This document shows positions 1 through 9,151 of a stretch of DNA of 21,752 nucleotides, piece by piece. The notes under the pieces were generated by a model. It was not told the DNA's origin and searched no databases. It saw nothing but the letters and a program-made list of their open reading frames with translations. Origin of the DNA: Promethearchaeota archaeon. Its GTDB lineage: Archaea; Asgardarchaeota; Lokiarchaeia; Sigyniarchaeales; SOKP01. Each line of letters begins with the position of its first letter. Position 1 is the stretch's first letter. Location of the stretch: assembly GCA_048941285.1 (NCBI GenBank), contig JBHLNS010000015.1:1-21752 (forward strand), in the 5' to 3' direction. Position numbers and translations under genes: made by a program.

Positions 1-17
1 AAAGAAAATAGTTAATT

Positions 18-1232
18 ATGAATATTCTCGTTCTTCAAGAAACTGATTGGCTTACACGAGGACCAAATACCCAACACCATGTTTTTGAGAGAATCTCCAA
101 AGACAATAATATCAATATTACTGTTCTTGATTACGATATTGATAGGTTAATGCGTTCTAAATCCATATTAATAAAAAAGTGTCAATATTCTAATATTCAT
201 CGGACAATAGATAATTCAAGAGTAAAAATTATTCGAACTGCTCATATTCAAGTTCCATATCTTAGGAGAATATCCTCATTAATTACTAACTTTTTTGAAA
301 TGCTTAAACTGTTAAGGATAAATAGACCAGATATTATTATAGGATTTTCCTTAACAAATGGTATAATTGGTTTATTTTTATCCAAGTTATATAGAATCCC
401 CTATGTCTTTTATTATATAGATAAGCTTCACACTTTAGTGCCAATTCATTTTGTTAGAAAAATTGCTTTATTTTTTTCACAAATTTTATTTAGGTATTCA
501 GATAAAGTCATAGTTGTGACGAAATCGCTTCAAAATTATGTTTTGAATCAAGGTGTCAAAATAGAAAAGGTGAAAATTCTATTAAATGGAGTTTCTTTAG
601 AAAACACAATTGTAAATAGGAACAAGCTTGAAAATTTAAAGATAAAATATTCAATAAAAGAAGATGATTTTGTTCTTTTTTTTATGGGATATTTTTATGA
701 TTTCGCCGGACTAAAAGAGATTATTGACTATTACAATATAAAGATACTCAATACTACATTAAAATTTAAGTTTATACTAGTAGGGGACGGAGGAATTTAT
801 AATCAATTAATTAAGCACTGTGAAAAAATTAAAGCAGATTGGGTAATCTTTACAGGAAGAATTCCTTTTTTTGAAATAACCGAATATATTGAATTAGCTG
901 ATTTATGTCTCATGAGTTTTGATTTGAATGATATAACTAGAGAAATAACTCCTGTGAAGATTATGGAATATTTAGCCATGAAAAAACCAGTATTATCTAA
1001 TAGTTTACCTGGGGTTATGAATGAGATTGGAAAGGATAATGGAGTAATTTATGCCAAAAATCAAATAGATCTTATAAAAAAAATTGAACTATTAAGCCTA
1101 AACAGAGAGAAATTGCGAGAAATCGGTCAAGAAGGTTTTAAATTAATAAAAAAATATTATACATGGCCAAATATATTGCATGATTTTAAGCAAATTTTAT
1201 TTAGTCTCATAAAATTAAAAAGAAAATCTTAA
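18..1232 (+). CDS. GT4-family (GT-B fold) glycosyltransferase
   Basis: N-terminal MNILVL; RPDIII; 'ILLNGVS'; 'LFFMGYFYDFAGL'; 'ILVGDG'; 'FTGRIP'; 'PVKIMEYLAMKKPVLS'; C-terminal 'YYTWPNI', all typical of GT4. Its stop overlaps the stop of the convergent sulfotransferase (TTAA at 1229-1232). Confidence 0.9.
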   Translation: MNILVLQETDWLTRGPNTQHHVFERISKDNNINITVLDYDIDRLMRSKSILIKKCQYSNIHRTIDNSRVKIIRTAHIQVPYLRRISSLITNFFEMLKLLRINRPDIIIGFSLTNGIIGLFLSKLYRIPYVFYYIDKLHTLVPIHFVRKIALFFSQILFRYSDKVIVVTKSLQNYVLNQGVKIEKVKILLNGVSLENTIVNRNKLENLKIKYSIKEDDFVLFFMGYFYDFAGLKEIIDYYNIKILNTTLKFKFILVGDGGIYNQLIKHCEKIKADWVIFTGRIPFFEITEYIELADLCLMSFDLNDITREITPVKIMEYLAMKKPVLSNSLPGVMNEIGKDNGVIYAKNQIDLIKKIELLSLNREKLREIGQEGFKLIKKYYTWPNILHDFKQILFSLIKLKRKS

Positions 1233-2098
1233 TCATCTAATTTCCATTCAGTTAAATCCTTTCCTATTAATTTTTCTAATTCTAGAATATCTTCCCTATA
1301 TTTTAGATATAATTCTTGTCTTAATTTGGGGCTCAATTTTTCTTTTCCTCGTTTACTATTTGATAATTCAAAAAGTTTTTTAAATCGTTTAAGGTTTGAT
1401 GAGATTAAGTATAAATCTTTTGAAACAAGGAAATCATTAATTTTATTAGCAAACTTGTATCCCTGAGTATATAATCCATGGAATCTGGGAATCTCAGAAG
1501 AGTGAATTTTACTCGTTATTTTAGTTTTATCTAATAGGTTATAGTTTATCTTTAAAAAATCCGTAATTTGCCTTAACGCTTCAAATTTATCACTCATCAG
1601 TTCTTCAAAAACAAATATCAGAAACTGTTCTTTGGGAAAATACTCAAACCATCTTTTAAGGTGTTGTGAATAAAATCCAATTTTGTATGCTCGGTCTCTC
1701 TTCTTTAAGAAATCTATAAAAGAATCCTTTATATTTAAAATCAATTTATTATAAGTGTATTCAGAAAAAGCTCTATTTACAGGATTTCTAAGAAACAGTA
1801 TTATACTAATTTTAGGGAGAACATGTGCAATACGAAGTGGAGCGTCTTTTTCATGAAAGTATTGAGGAGAAATGTCTCCTATTGCTCTATATGACGATTT
1901 TCTTGAACCAACAAAAAATTGTTTATACCAATTCAATCCTTTATGATAATTTTCGCTAAAGAAATTAATTTCTTTTAAATGTGGATATAAATAAATTTCT
2001 GGATGATTTTTTAACAATTCATATAACCAAGTAGTACCACTTCTTTCGGCTCCAATACATAAAAAATTTGGTAGTCCTTGAATATGATTTATTGACAA
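1229..2098 (-). CDS. PAPS-dependent sulfotransferase (carbohydrate sulfotransferase-like P-loop fold)
   Basis: 5'-PSB motif 'PNFLCIGAERSGTTWLY', 'KEINFF', 'GDISPQY', 3'-PB motif 'LRNPVNRAFSEY', and 'GFYSQHLKRW..FP.EQ'. The TTG start is uncertain. Confidence 0.9.
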   Translation of the reverse strand: MSINHIQGLPNFLCIGAERSGTTWLYELLKNHPEIYLYPHLKEINFFSENYHKGLNWYKQFFVGSRKSSYRAIGDISPQYFHEKDAPLRIAHVLPKISIILFLRNPVNRAFSEYTYNKLILNIKDSFIDFLKKRDRAYKIGFYSQHLKRWFEYFPKEQFLIFVFEELMSDKFEALRQITDFLKINYNLLDKTKITSKIHSSEIPRFHGLYTQGYKFANKINDFLVSKDLYLISSNLKRFKKLFELSNSKRGKEKLSPKLRQELYLKYREDILELEKLIGKDLTEWKLDD

Positions 2099-2307
2099 TT
2101 TTATTCATTAATTTGTTATTTAGCGATTAAGGTGTTAATCTTATATTTTAAATCATTCCTTTTTGATAAAATTATTTCTTAAAATAAAGATAGAAAAAAT
2201 ATTGTTGATCTAAAATAAATACAACAATATTGAAAATAGTTATTTTAAATCAAATATTATAATAGTTACATTTTTTTTAATTTGAAAATTAATATCAACT
2301 AAATTAA

Positions 2308-3858
2308 TTGGATTTAGAAAGAAAACCTAACAACCTAGAATTTAAAATGAGGAACAAACAAGAGGCATTCAAGAGTTTTTTTATAATTTCAATCTCTTTG
2401 ATCATAGCATTTGTTTCAAATTTATTAATTGTTTTAATATTAACACATAATTTTCCTCCTGGAGAATATGCAGTTTATCAGTTTTCTTTAACATTTTTAA
2501 CTTTTTTTACAATTTTTTCAAATATAGGATTAAGCACAACAATAATTCAACAATTATCGGCTGAAAAAGATAAAGATCATCATAAGCTTGTTAGATTATT
2601 CTCAGAAGGATTAAAATGGATTATCCTATTCACATTAATATTTTCATTAATACTCTTTTTTTCTGCAGATTTCTTCGAAATATTCTATCAATTGCCTGGT
2701 TTAGGTATTGTACTTAAGTTTACTTCCTTAATTTTAATTTCAAACAATATTGTCAATTATTTCGAAAGTATTTTTCAGGGTTTATGGAAGTTTAAACTTT
2801 TCGCTATTTCATTTATCTTCTCTAAAGTGATAAAAGTAGTTATTGTGAGTCTAATCTTTATCATCGATATGTCATTACCTCAAATTATCGCTTTATTTTC
2901 CATTGCTCTGTTAATTCAATTAATTGTAATTTTAGGATTTTCTCAAATAAAGTATCGGTATCTATCTTCCTTTTTTAGTTTTAACCGAGAGCTATCGAGA
3001 ACACTGTTAAAATTTTCAATTTTTATTTTTTTATACGTCTTTTTTCAAAATGTAATAACATACTCAAATCAATTTATTTTAGCTGCTTTTGTTATTCCTG
3101 CTGAAATTGCTCACTATACTATTGTTCAATGGATGATTGTTAGTTTCTCGATCCCAGCAATAATTTTTTCAAGATTTATACTACCTTATGTATCCCATTA
3201 TATACAGAAAGTTGAAGAAGAACGAGGCAAAATTCAAACAATTTATAATTTGATTTTTAGGTATGGCTTATTATTAACTATACCAATATCATTTTATTTT
3301 CTAATTTTCTCAGATCCATTGATCGCATTGATGTTTGACCCTAGTTATTATCCTGTCTCGAATTATCTTAAGTTGTATATATTTTTTTTGAATATAAATA
3401 TAATTGATGTAGCTGGGGGCCATTTCTTATGGGCGTCTAATGAACCAAAGCTTGTATATAAACTTTATGCGGTCACCTCTTTTTTCACACTCACAATGAG
3501 CTTTATCTTAATCCCAATTCTTTATACATTAGGTGCAATACTATCTATTATGATTCCACATTCGATCTATACAATATATTCTATTTTTCTGGTAAAAAGG
3601 AAAAATAAAATAGAATTTGACTCAAATTTGTTACCTACTATATTTAAATATATAATTTCAGCGTTTTCGGTTATGATATTACTGTATGTAATTAATTTAA
3701 TTTTTCAATTTAACCTAAATAATATATTAATTTTACTTACTTTTTCAGGAATCTATTTTGGAATATTCCTTATTATGATCTTGTTATTAAGAGGAGTTAC
3801 TTTAATGGAAATTAAAGATTTCATTAAATTACTCAGAAATTCAATTTTTAAGAATTAA
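2308..3858 (+). CDS. Wzx/MOP-superfamily oligosaccharide flippase (polysaccharide export protein)
   Basis: About 500 aa with many hydrophobic helices; 'L..GEYAVY', 'FSNIGLSTTII', 'ESIFQG', 'ILPYVS', 'PIL..LGA' patterns; lies next to a glycosyltransferase. The real start is probably the ATG at 2347 rather than the TTG at 2308. Confidence 0.85.
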   Translation: MDLERKPNNLEFKMRNKQEAFKSFFIISISLIIAFVSNLLIVLILTHNFPPGEYAVYQFSLTFLTFFTIFSNIGLSTTIIQQLSAEKDKDHHKLVRLFSEGLKWIILFTLIFSLILFFSADFFEIFYQLPGLGIVLKFTSLILISNNIVNYFESIFQGLWKFKLFAISFIFSKVIKVVIVSLIFIIDMSLPQIIALFSIALLIQLIVILGFSQIKYRYLSSFFSFNRELSRTLLKFSIFIFLYVFFQNVITYSNQFILAAFVIPAEIAHYTIVQWMIVSFSIPAIIFSRFILPYVSHYIQKVEEERGKIQTIYNLIFRYGLLLTIPISFYFLIFSDPLIALMFDPSYYPVSNYLKLYIFFLNINIIDVAGGHFLWASNEPKLVYKLYAVTSFFTLTMSFILIPILYTLGAILSIMIPHSIYTIYSIFLVKRKNKIEFDSNLLPTIFKYIISAFSVMILLYVINLIFQFNLNNILILLTFSGIYFGIFLIMILLLRGVTLMEIKDFIKLLRNSIFKN

Positions 3859-3879
3859 TTGAAGCTAAAAATTTACACC

Positions 3880-3892
3880 TTTTTTTCTTTTT
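3880..3892 (+). terminator. Possible archaeal oligo-T terminator after the flippase
   Basis: T-rich tract (ttttttt-c-ttttt) about 20 nt after the stop codon. Weak evidence given the AT-rich background. Confidence 0.3.
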
Positions 3893-4026
3893 CATTCAAA
3901 ATATAGATATTTAAATGAAAAAAAGAAAATAATTTCCATTTCTTTTTATTAAATTTGAATATGTACAAATACATTTAAGAAAAGAGTCTATCTTTTTTAT
4001 TATGAATTAAAATTATTAAACTCAAT

Positions 4027-5691
4027 GTGATTTTTATGGATCGACAAAGAATATTACAGGAAGCTCAAAAAATAGCAAAAAAATATTCATTTTGGATGGT
4101 TTCTGGTGATATAACACATTTATATGGTTATCTTTATGAAACTGCCGGAAAAAAATACGAACTCGAAATTAAATTCAAAGATAAATTTCCAAATTCTCCC
4201 CCACACATGATTTATCATGATGAGATAAATAATTTATTAGGTAATTTTCAGTTAAGTAATCTGACCAATTGGACACCAAACTCTACTGTAGTTGATATTG
4301 TTGATGAACTTCACTCTAAAATTCAAAATGCTCTCGAAAGTACAGAAAAAATACCAGAAGAAATATCATTTGAAAGGGAGAAAGAATCTGTGGAGGAGGT
4401 ATCTCTTGAAAAAGAAGAATATATTACTCCCGATCTAAATGCTTATCCTCCTGATTTTCAATACGATAAATCTTTAGCTCCTTCTGAATCTACTAATGAT
4501 TTATTTTTTACTGAAAATTCATCAATTTATCCCTCCAAAGATCTTGATTCAATTGATCATTCCAAAATATATACTGAGCAAGAAATAATTGAAGAGAATG
4601 AACAATTAGGGGTTTTAATCAATACTGAATTGAGTTTAATTCAACAAGAATATGCCTATGATCAATCTGACACTGGGGGTGCAGTTATTAATGTTTATAT
4701 TACTATAACTCTCACAAAAACTTTTATAATTACTATTGATCTCATGAATTATCCAGAAAAGCCAATTATTATTTTTCCAGATGAGATAAAGAACATAATT
4801 GGAGATCCTTATAAAACCATAGATTTATTAAGAAATTGGGATGCAAAAAAACCTTCACATATAATAGATATCTTGCACAAATTAGAAAAGAAACTATTAT
4901 TCATAAAGGAAATTGAGACCCAATCAAAAAAAATATCTGGAGAATATCAATGTAAAGATGTGCCTAATAGCTTAACAAAATTAAAAATTATCTTACTAAC
5001 ATATGGATTTAAGGAATATTTTTTAGATATTGATCTAGAACCTTATCCTAATCCTCCAAAAATTGGATTAGATTCGGAATTGCAAGAAATCGTTAAAAAA
5101 CCTGTTGAAGAATTAAATATTTATAAGAATTGGATAAAGAATGAAACAGAACCAGTTGAAATTGTGAGAGAAATCTCTTGGTTAGTTGATAAGAATTCAA
5201 GAATTAATTTTGAGATTGATTTATTGAAAGATCATTACAAGAATATAAAATTTGACTCATTGACAGCAACTTTACAGATTGAAATGAGAGGTAAGATGAA
5301 AACAGAAGATCTCACTTTTAATTTTCAGATTAATTTACCAAATGAATATCCTATGAAAATGCCTGACGTGAAAGTAATAAATGAATTTGAACTTGAAGCT
5401 CATGAAAAAATAAAGAATGATTTACACGCATCTTTTAAAGATTTCTTTGAAGAATGGACACCATTTAGTTATCTCGTTGATTTATTTAACTTAATTTCTA
5501 AAAAAATCTTTGAAGTATCAGTAGTCTCATGTGTTATATGCCATAAAATTGAATGCCCAAGTTGTACAAAAAAAATTGCTGGAGAAGATAATTGCCATAC
5601 AGAATGTCCCCATTGTAGTCGAGCTTATCATAATCACTGTTGGGAACAGACCATTAAATCATTTGGAAAATGTGGTTTTTGTTTAAGGTAA
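4027..5691 (+). CDS. Multi-UEV/RWD (E2-fold) domain protein with C-terminal RING finger; putative E3 ubiquitin ligase
   Basis: Four repeats of a beta-strand + [FY]PxxP(P) ... W + amphipathic helix pattern (FPNSPP/NWTP, YPEKP/NWD, YPNPP/NWI, YPMKMP/EWTP). Acidic linker at about aa 105-195. The C-terminal 53 aa hold 10 Cys and 5 His. The start may be the ATG at 4036. Confidence 0.75.
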   Translation: MIFMDRQRILQEAQKIAKKYSFWMVSGDITHLYGYLYETAGKKYELEIKFKDKFPNSPPHMIYHDEINNLLGNFQLSNLTNWTPNSTVVDIVDELHSKIQNALESTEKIPEEISFEREKESVEEVSLEKEEYITPDLNAYPPDFQYDKSLAPSESTNDLFFTENSSIYPSKDLDSIDHSKIYTEQEIIEENEQLGVLINTELSLIQQEYAYDQSDTGGAVINVYITITLTKTFIITIDLMNYPEKPIIIFPDEIKNIIGDPYKTIDLLRNWDAKKPSHIIDILHKLEKKLLFIKEIETQSKKISGEYQCKDVPNSLTKLKIILLTYGFKEYFLDIDLEPYPNPPKIGLDSELQEIVKKPVEELNIYKNWIKNETEPVEIVREISWLVDKNSRINFEIDLLKDHYKNIKFDSLTATLQIEMRGKMKTEDLTFNFQINLPNEYPMKMPDVKVINEFELEAHEKIKNDLHASFKDFFEEWTPFSYLVDLFNLISKKIFEVSVVSCVICHKIECPSCTKKIAGEDNCHTECPHCSRAYHNHCWEQTIKSFGKCGFCLR

Positions 5692-5995
5692 ATTGGATTC
5701 CTACTTATACTTAAATTATTATTAACATTCGAAATTTGGACGATCACGATATAAGTTGGAATTAAATTTAAATTTAATAGATTATGATTCAACTATTAAA
5801 TAATATAAATTAGCATAAAAGTATCTTCTCTATGGGAATTCTAACTTACAATAATACCCGATTCAAAGATAGGACAATCTATTGAATGTTTTTTTGTTAA
5901 TCTAAAATTGAAAGTCTCCATATACAAGTCTTTAGATGAATTAAATAAATTTTTTAATTTGAATTTCTTATTATATACATTCACATTTTCATTAG

Positions 5996-8900
5996 ATGGT
6001 TTTCGTGGAAGAATTGGATAAAAATCTGAATTTAACTGATCTAGAAGAAAGGATACTAGATTTTTGGAAGCATAAAGATATATATTCATTAATTAGGAAA
6101 AAAGAAGAAGGAAAGCAAATTTGGCGGTTTATTGATGGCCCTCCTTATACAACGGGATCCATTCATTTAGGAACAGCATGGAATAAGATTTTAAAAGATT
6201 ATTTAATTAAGTATAAACGGATGAGGGGATTTAAAGTGACAGATACCCCGGGTTATGATACTCATGGATTACCAATCGAAGTTCAAATGGAAAAGGAACT
6301 AGGTATTAAGAACAAACAAGAGATTCAAGAATATGGAATGGATAAATTTATTATGAATTGTAAGGAGTTTGCTTTAAAAAATTTAGCAATAATGAACGAT
6401 CAATTTAAAAGATTAGGCTGTTACTTCTGGGATTGGGACAATCCGTATATAACATTCAGAAATAGCTATATTGAGGGAATCTGGTGGACTTTAAAAAAGG
6501 CTTGGGAAAACAATCTACTCTATAAATTTTATCGGCCTCTGAACTGTTGTCCTCGCTGTGCAACAGCTTTAGCAAAACATGAGCACGAGTATAAAAACAT
6601 TAAGGATACAAGTTTATTCTTAAAAATAAAATCTGAAGATATGGAAGATACATATTTTATTATTTGGACTACAACACCTTGGACATTAGTAGCTAATTCT
6701 GCGATAATGGTAAATCCAATTGCAGAGTATGCTAAGGTATATATAGAAGATCTAAATGAATATTGGATATTATCAAAAAATTCAATAACTCATTTAATCT
6801 CAGGGGAATTAGGTTATAAATACAAAATCATAGAAGATTATCTTGGGGAAGAATTAGAAGGAAAAAAATATATACATCCATTATTAAATGAGGTTCCCTA
6901 CCAAAAAGAATTTGCAAAAAAAAGTGAAAAAATTCATTCAATAATCCTTTCTGAAGAATATGTTTCAGCATCAGAAGGCGTTGGTTTAGTACATACTGCA
7001 CCTGGACATGGACCCGAAGATTTCGAAGTCGGTGTAGCGAATGGTATCCCCATATTCAATCCAGTTAATATTAGAGGAATATATAAAAAAGAAGCAGGTA
7101 AATTCGAGGGAATGAATGTTTTTGATGCCAATAAAATAATATTAGATATATTAAAGAAAAATGGAATGCTCATTTTTACTAATGAAATCGAACACGAATA
7201 CGCACATTGCTGGAGATGTGATTCAAAACTGGTTTATAGGGCTACTAATCAATGGTTCTTTAAAACAGAAAGCTTAATCCCAAAATTACTTGAAAAAAAT
7301 GAAGAAATATACTGGATACCTGATTGGGCAGGAAGTAGATGGTTTAAAAGTTGGCTAACGACTTTGAAAGATTGGTGTATCTCAAGACAACGTTTTTGGG
7401 GTATTCCTTTAAGTGTTTGGACATGTGATAATGAAGAATGTGAAAATATTATAGTAATTGGATCGGGAAAAGAATTAAAAGATATCGCGGGAGAATGTCC
7501 TGAAGATTTACATAGACCTTGGATTGATCAGGTAACTTGGAAATGCAAAAAATGTAATAAGGGAACTATGAGAAGAATTCCTGATATTTTAGATGTATGG
7601 TTAGATTCTGGATCTGTTATGTGGGCCGCTCAAGAAATTTATGATGGAGAAAGTCATTATGATACTTGGATACCAGCAGATTTCATAATTGAAGGAAAAG
7701 ATCAAATCAGAGGATGGTTTAATAGTTTATTAAATAGTGCTATGGTATCTTCAGGTCGTAAGAATTATGATGCATGCTATATGCATGGTTGGGTCTTAAT
7801 GGAAAAAGCCAAAATGAGTAAATCAAAAGGTACAGTCATAAATCCTGAAGATATAATAGAGGGCACAATTCCAGAATTACAGAAAAAGAAATCTTTTTCT
7901 AATATTAAAGGAGCTGAAACATTTCGATTTTATTGCATAGGGGTGACTCAACCTGGACGAGATTTTAATTTTAATCTTAAAGAATATACTGATACTTACA
8001 AAATTATTAATACAATATGGAATGTTTATGTTTATGCAAATGAAAAGTTTAATTTAGCTGAATTTGATCCTAAACAGGTCAAATTAGATTTTGATAAGAT
8101 CAGTAAATTAGATAAATGGATAATTTCAAGACTAAATTCTACTATTAAGAAGATAACAAAATTATCAGATGAATATCAACTTCCTTGGATTACTGGCGAG
8201 TTAAGAGATTTAATTGTAAATGATATAAGCAGATGGTACATAATGCTGAATCGGGAAAAACTCGATATATATTCAGAAGATCCTAATAAATTATCAATTA
8301 TGGCAGTTCTCTATCATGTGTTATATAAGGTTTTATTGTTGTTAGCACCAATTAACCCGATGTTAAGCGAAGAAATTTTTCTAAAGATGTATAAATCTCA
8401 CGTAAAATCAATTGGTTTTGAAGAAACAGATACTATTCACTTACAAGATTGGCCTAAATATGATGAGAAGATGATTCAATTAGAATTAGAGGAACAAATG
8501 CATTTTACAAGAGAATTAATAGAAATTATTCGAGCGATAAAAGATGAAAATAGAATAAGATTAAGGTGGCCAAATAAAAAAATAATTATAGAAACAAAAG
8601 AGGACATGCCAAAAATAGAATTTCCTGAAATCATTAAGAAAGTTGGAAACGTTAGAGAACTAGTGATAGTAAAATCAGTTAAACCGTCAAAAAACTTAAT
8701 TAAGGCTGAATCTAGATTCTGTAACGTTTACTTAGATATATCTATTGATGATGATCTTTTATCTGAGCGAATAATAAATGATTTAATAAGAAATATACAA
8801 TTTATCCGAAAAAGCCATGGATATAAGATTGAAGACAAAATAACATTAAAGATAGGAACTAAAACAGAATACTTAAAAGATCTTCTTGATAAAAATCAAA

Positions 8901-9142
8901 GCACAATTATAGAAAAAATAAATGTTAAAAACCTTGATATCCTCTCAGATGACCTTTCTGAAGAAAAAAGTAAAATTTTTGGTTATTTGAATATATGTCC
9001 AAATAGAGATTGTTCTGCTGCTTTAAAAGATAATATAATTTCTAAATTAAGGAAAAACCTTGAAATAAAATGTCCACATTGTGAATCTAAAATAACTAAA
9101 GATACTATTAAAAAAATTAAATTTATTTTTAATAGAATATAA
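5996..9142 (+). CDS. ileS: Isoleucine--tRNA ligase, archaeal/eukaryotic type
   Basis: 'FIDGPPYTTGSIHLGTAWNK' (HIGH variant), 'PGYDTHGLPIE', editing domain 'IWTTTPWTL' and 'GVGLVHTAPGHG', 'DWCISRQRFWG', 'EGKDQIRGWF', 'KMSKS'. Confidence 0.97.
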   Translation: MVFVEELDKNLNLTDLEERILDFWKHKDIYSLIRKKEEGKQIWRFIDGPPYTTGSIHLGTAWNKILKDYLIKYKRMRGFKVTDTPGYDTHGLPIEVQMEKELGIKNKQEIQEYGMDKFIMNCKEFALKNLAIMNDQFKRLGCYFWDWDNPYITFRNSYIEGIWWTLKKAWENNLLYKFYRPLNCCPRCATALAKHEHEYKNIKDTSLFLKIKSEDMEDTYFIIWTTTPWTLVANSAIMVNPIAEYAKVYIEDLNEYWILSKNSITHLISGELGYKYKIIEDYLGEELEGKKYIHPLLNEVPYQKEFAKKSEKIHSIILSEEYVSASEGVGLVHTAPGHGPEDFEVGVANGIPIFNPVNIRGIYKKEAGKFEGMNVFDANKIILDILKKNGMLIFTNEIEHEYAHCWRCDSKLVYRATNQWFFKTESLIPKLLEKNEEIYWIPDWAGSRWFKSWLTTLKDWCISRQRFWGIPLSVWTCDNEECENIIVIGSGKELKDIAGECPEDLHRPWIDQVTWKCKKCNKGTMRRIPDILDVWLDSGSVMWAAQEIYDGESHYDTWIPADFIIEGKDQIRGWFNSLLNSAMVSSGRKNYDACYMHGWVLMEKAKMSKSKGTVINPEDIIEGTIPELQKKKSFSNIKGAETFRFYCIGVTQPGRDFNFNLKEYTDTYKIINTIWNVYVYANEKFNLAEFDPKQVKLDFDKISKLDKWIISRLNSTIKKITKLSDEYQLPWITGELRDLIVNDISRWYIMLNREKLDIYSEDPNKLSIMAVLYHVLYKVLLLLAPINPMLSEEIFLKMYKSHVKSIGFEETDTIHLQDWPKYDEKMIQLELEEQMHFTRELIEIIRAIKDENRIRLRWPNKKIIIETKEDMPKIEFPEIIKKVGNVRELVIVKSVKPSKNLIKAESRFCNVYLDISIDDDLLSERIINDLIRNIQFIRKSHGYKIEDKITLKIGTKTEYLKDLLDKNQSTIIEKINVKNLDILSDDLSEEKSKIFGYLNICPNRDCSAALKDNIISKLRKNLEIKCPHCESKITKDTIKKIKFIFNRI

Positions 9143-9151
9143 TTCTAAAAT

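Noticed and set aside
4027-5529. Calling the E2-fold repeats an active ubiquitin-conjugating enzyme, or naming the gene FANCL
   Set aside because: No HPN motif or catalytic Cys at the expected position in any repeat, and orthology to FANCL cannot be established without profile searches and phylogeny.
5761-5778. Perfect 18-bp palindrome ATTAAATTTAAATTTAAT in the gap before ileS
   Set aside because: A/T-only and low complexity in a very AT-rich spacer, with no associated regulator or second copy noticed; likely chance.
5841-6089. 82-aa minus-strand ORF overlapping the ileS start
   Set aside because: Antisense overlap with ileS and its promoter region, low-complexity N/K/F composition typical of AT-rich noncoding DNA, and no recognisable motif.
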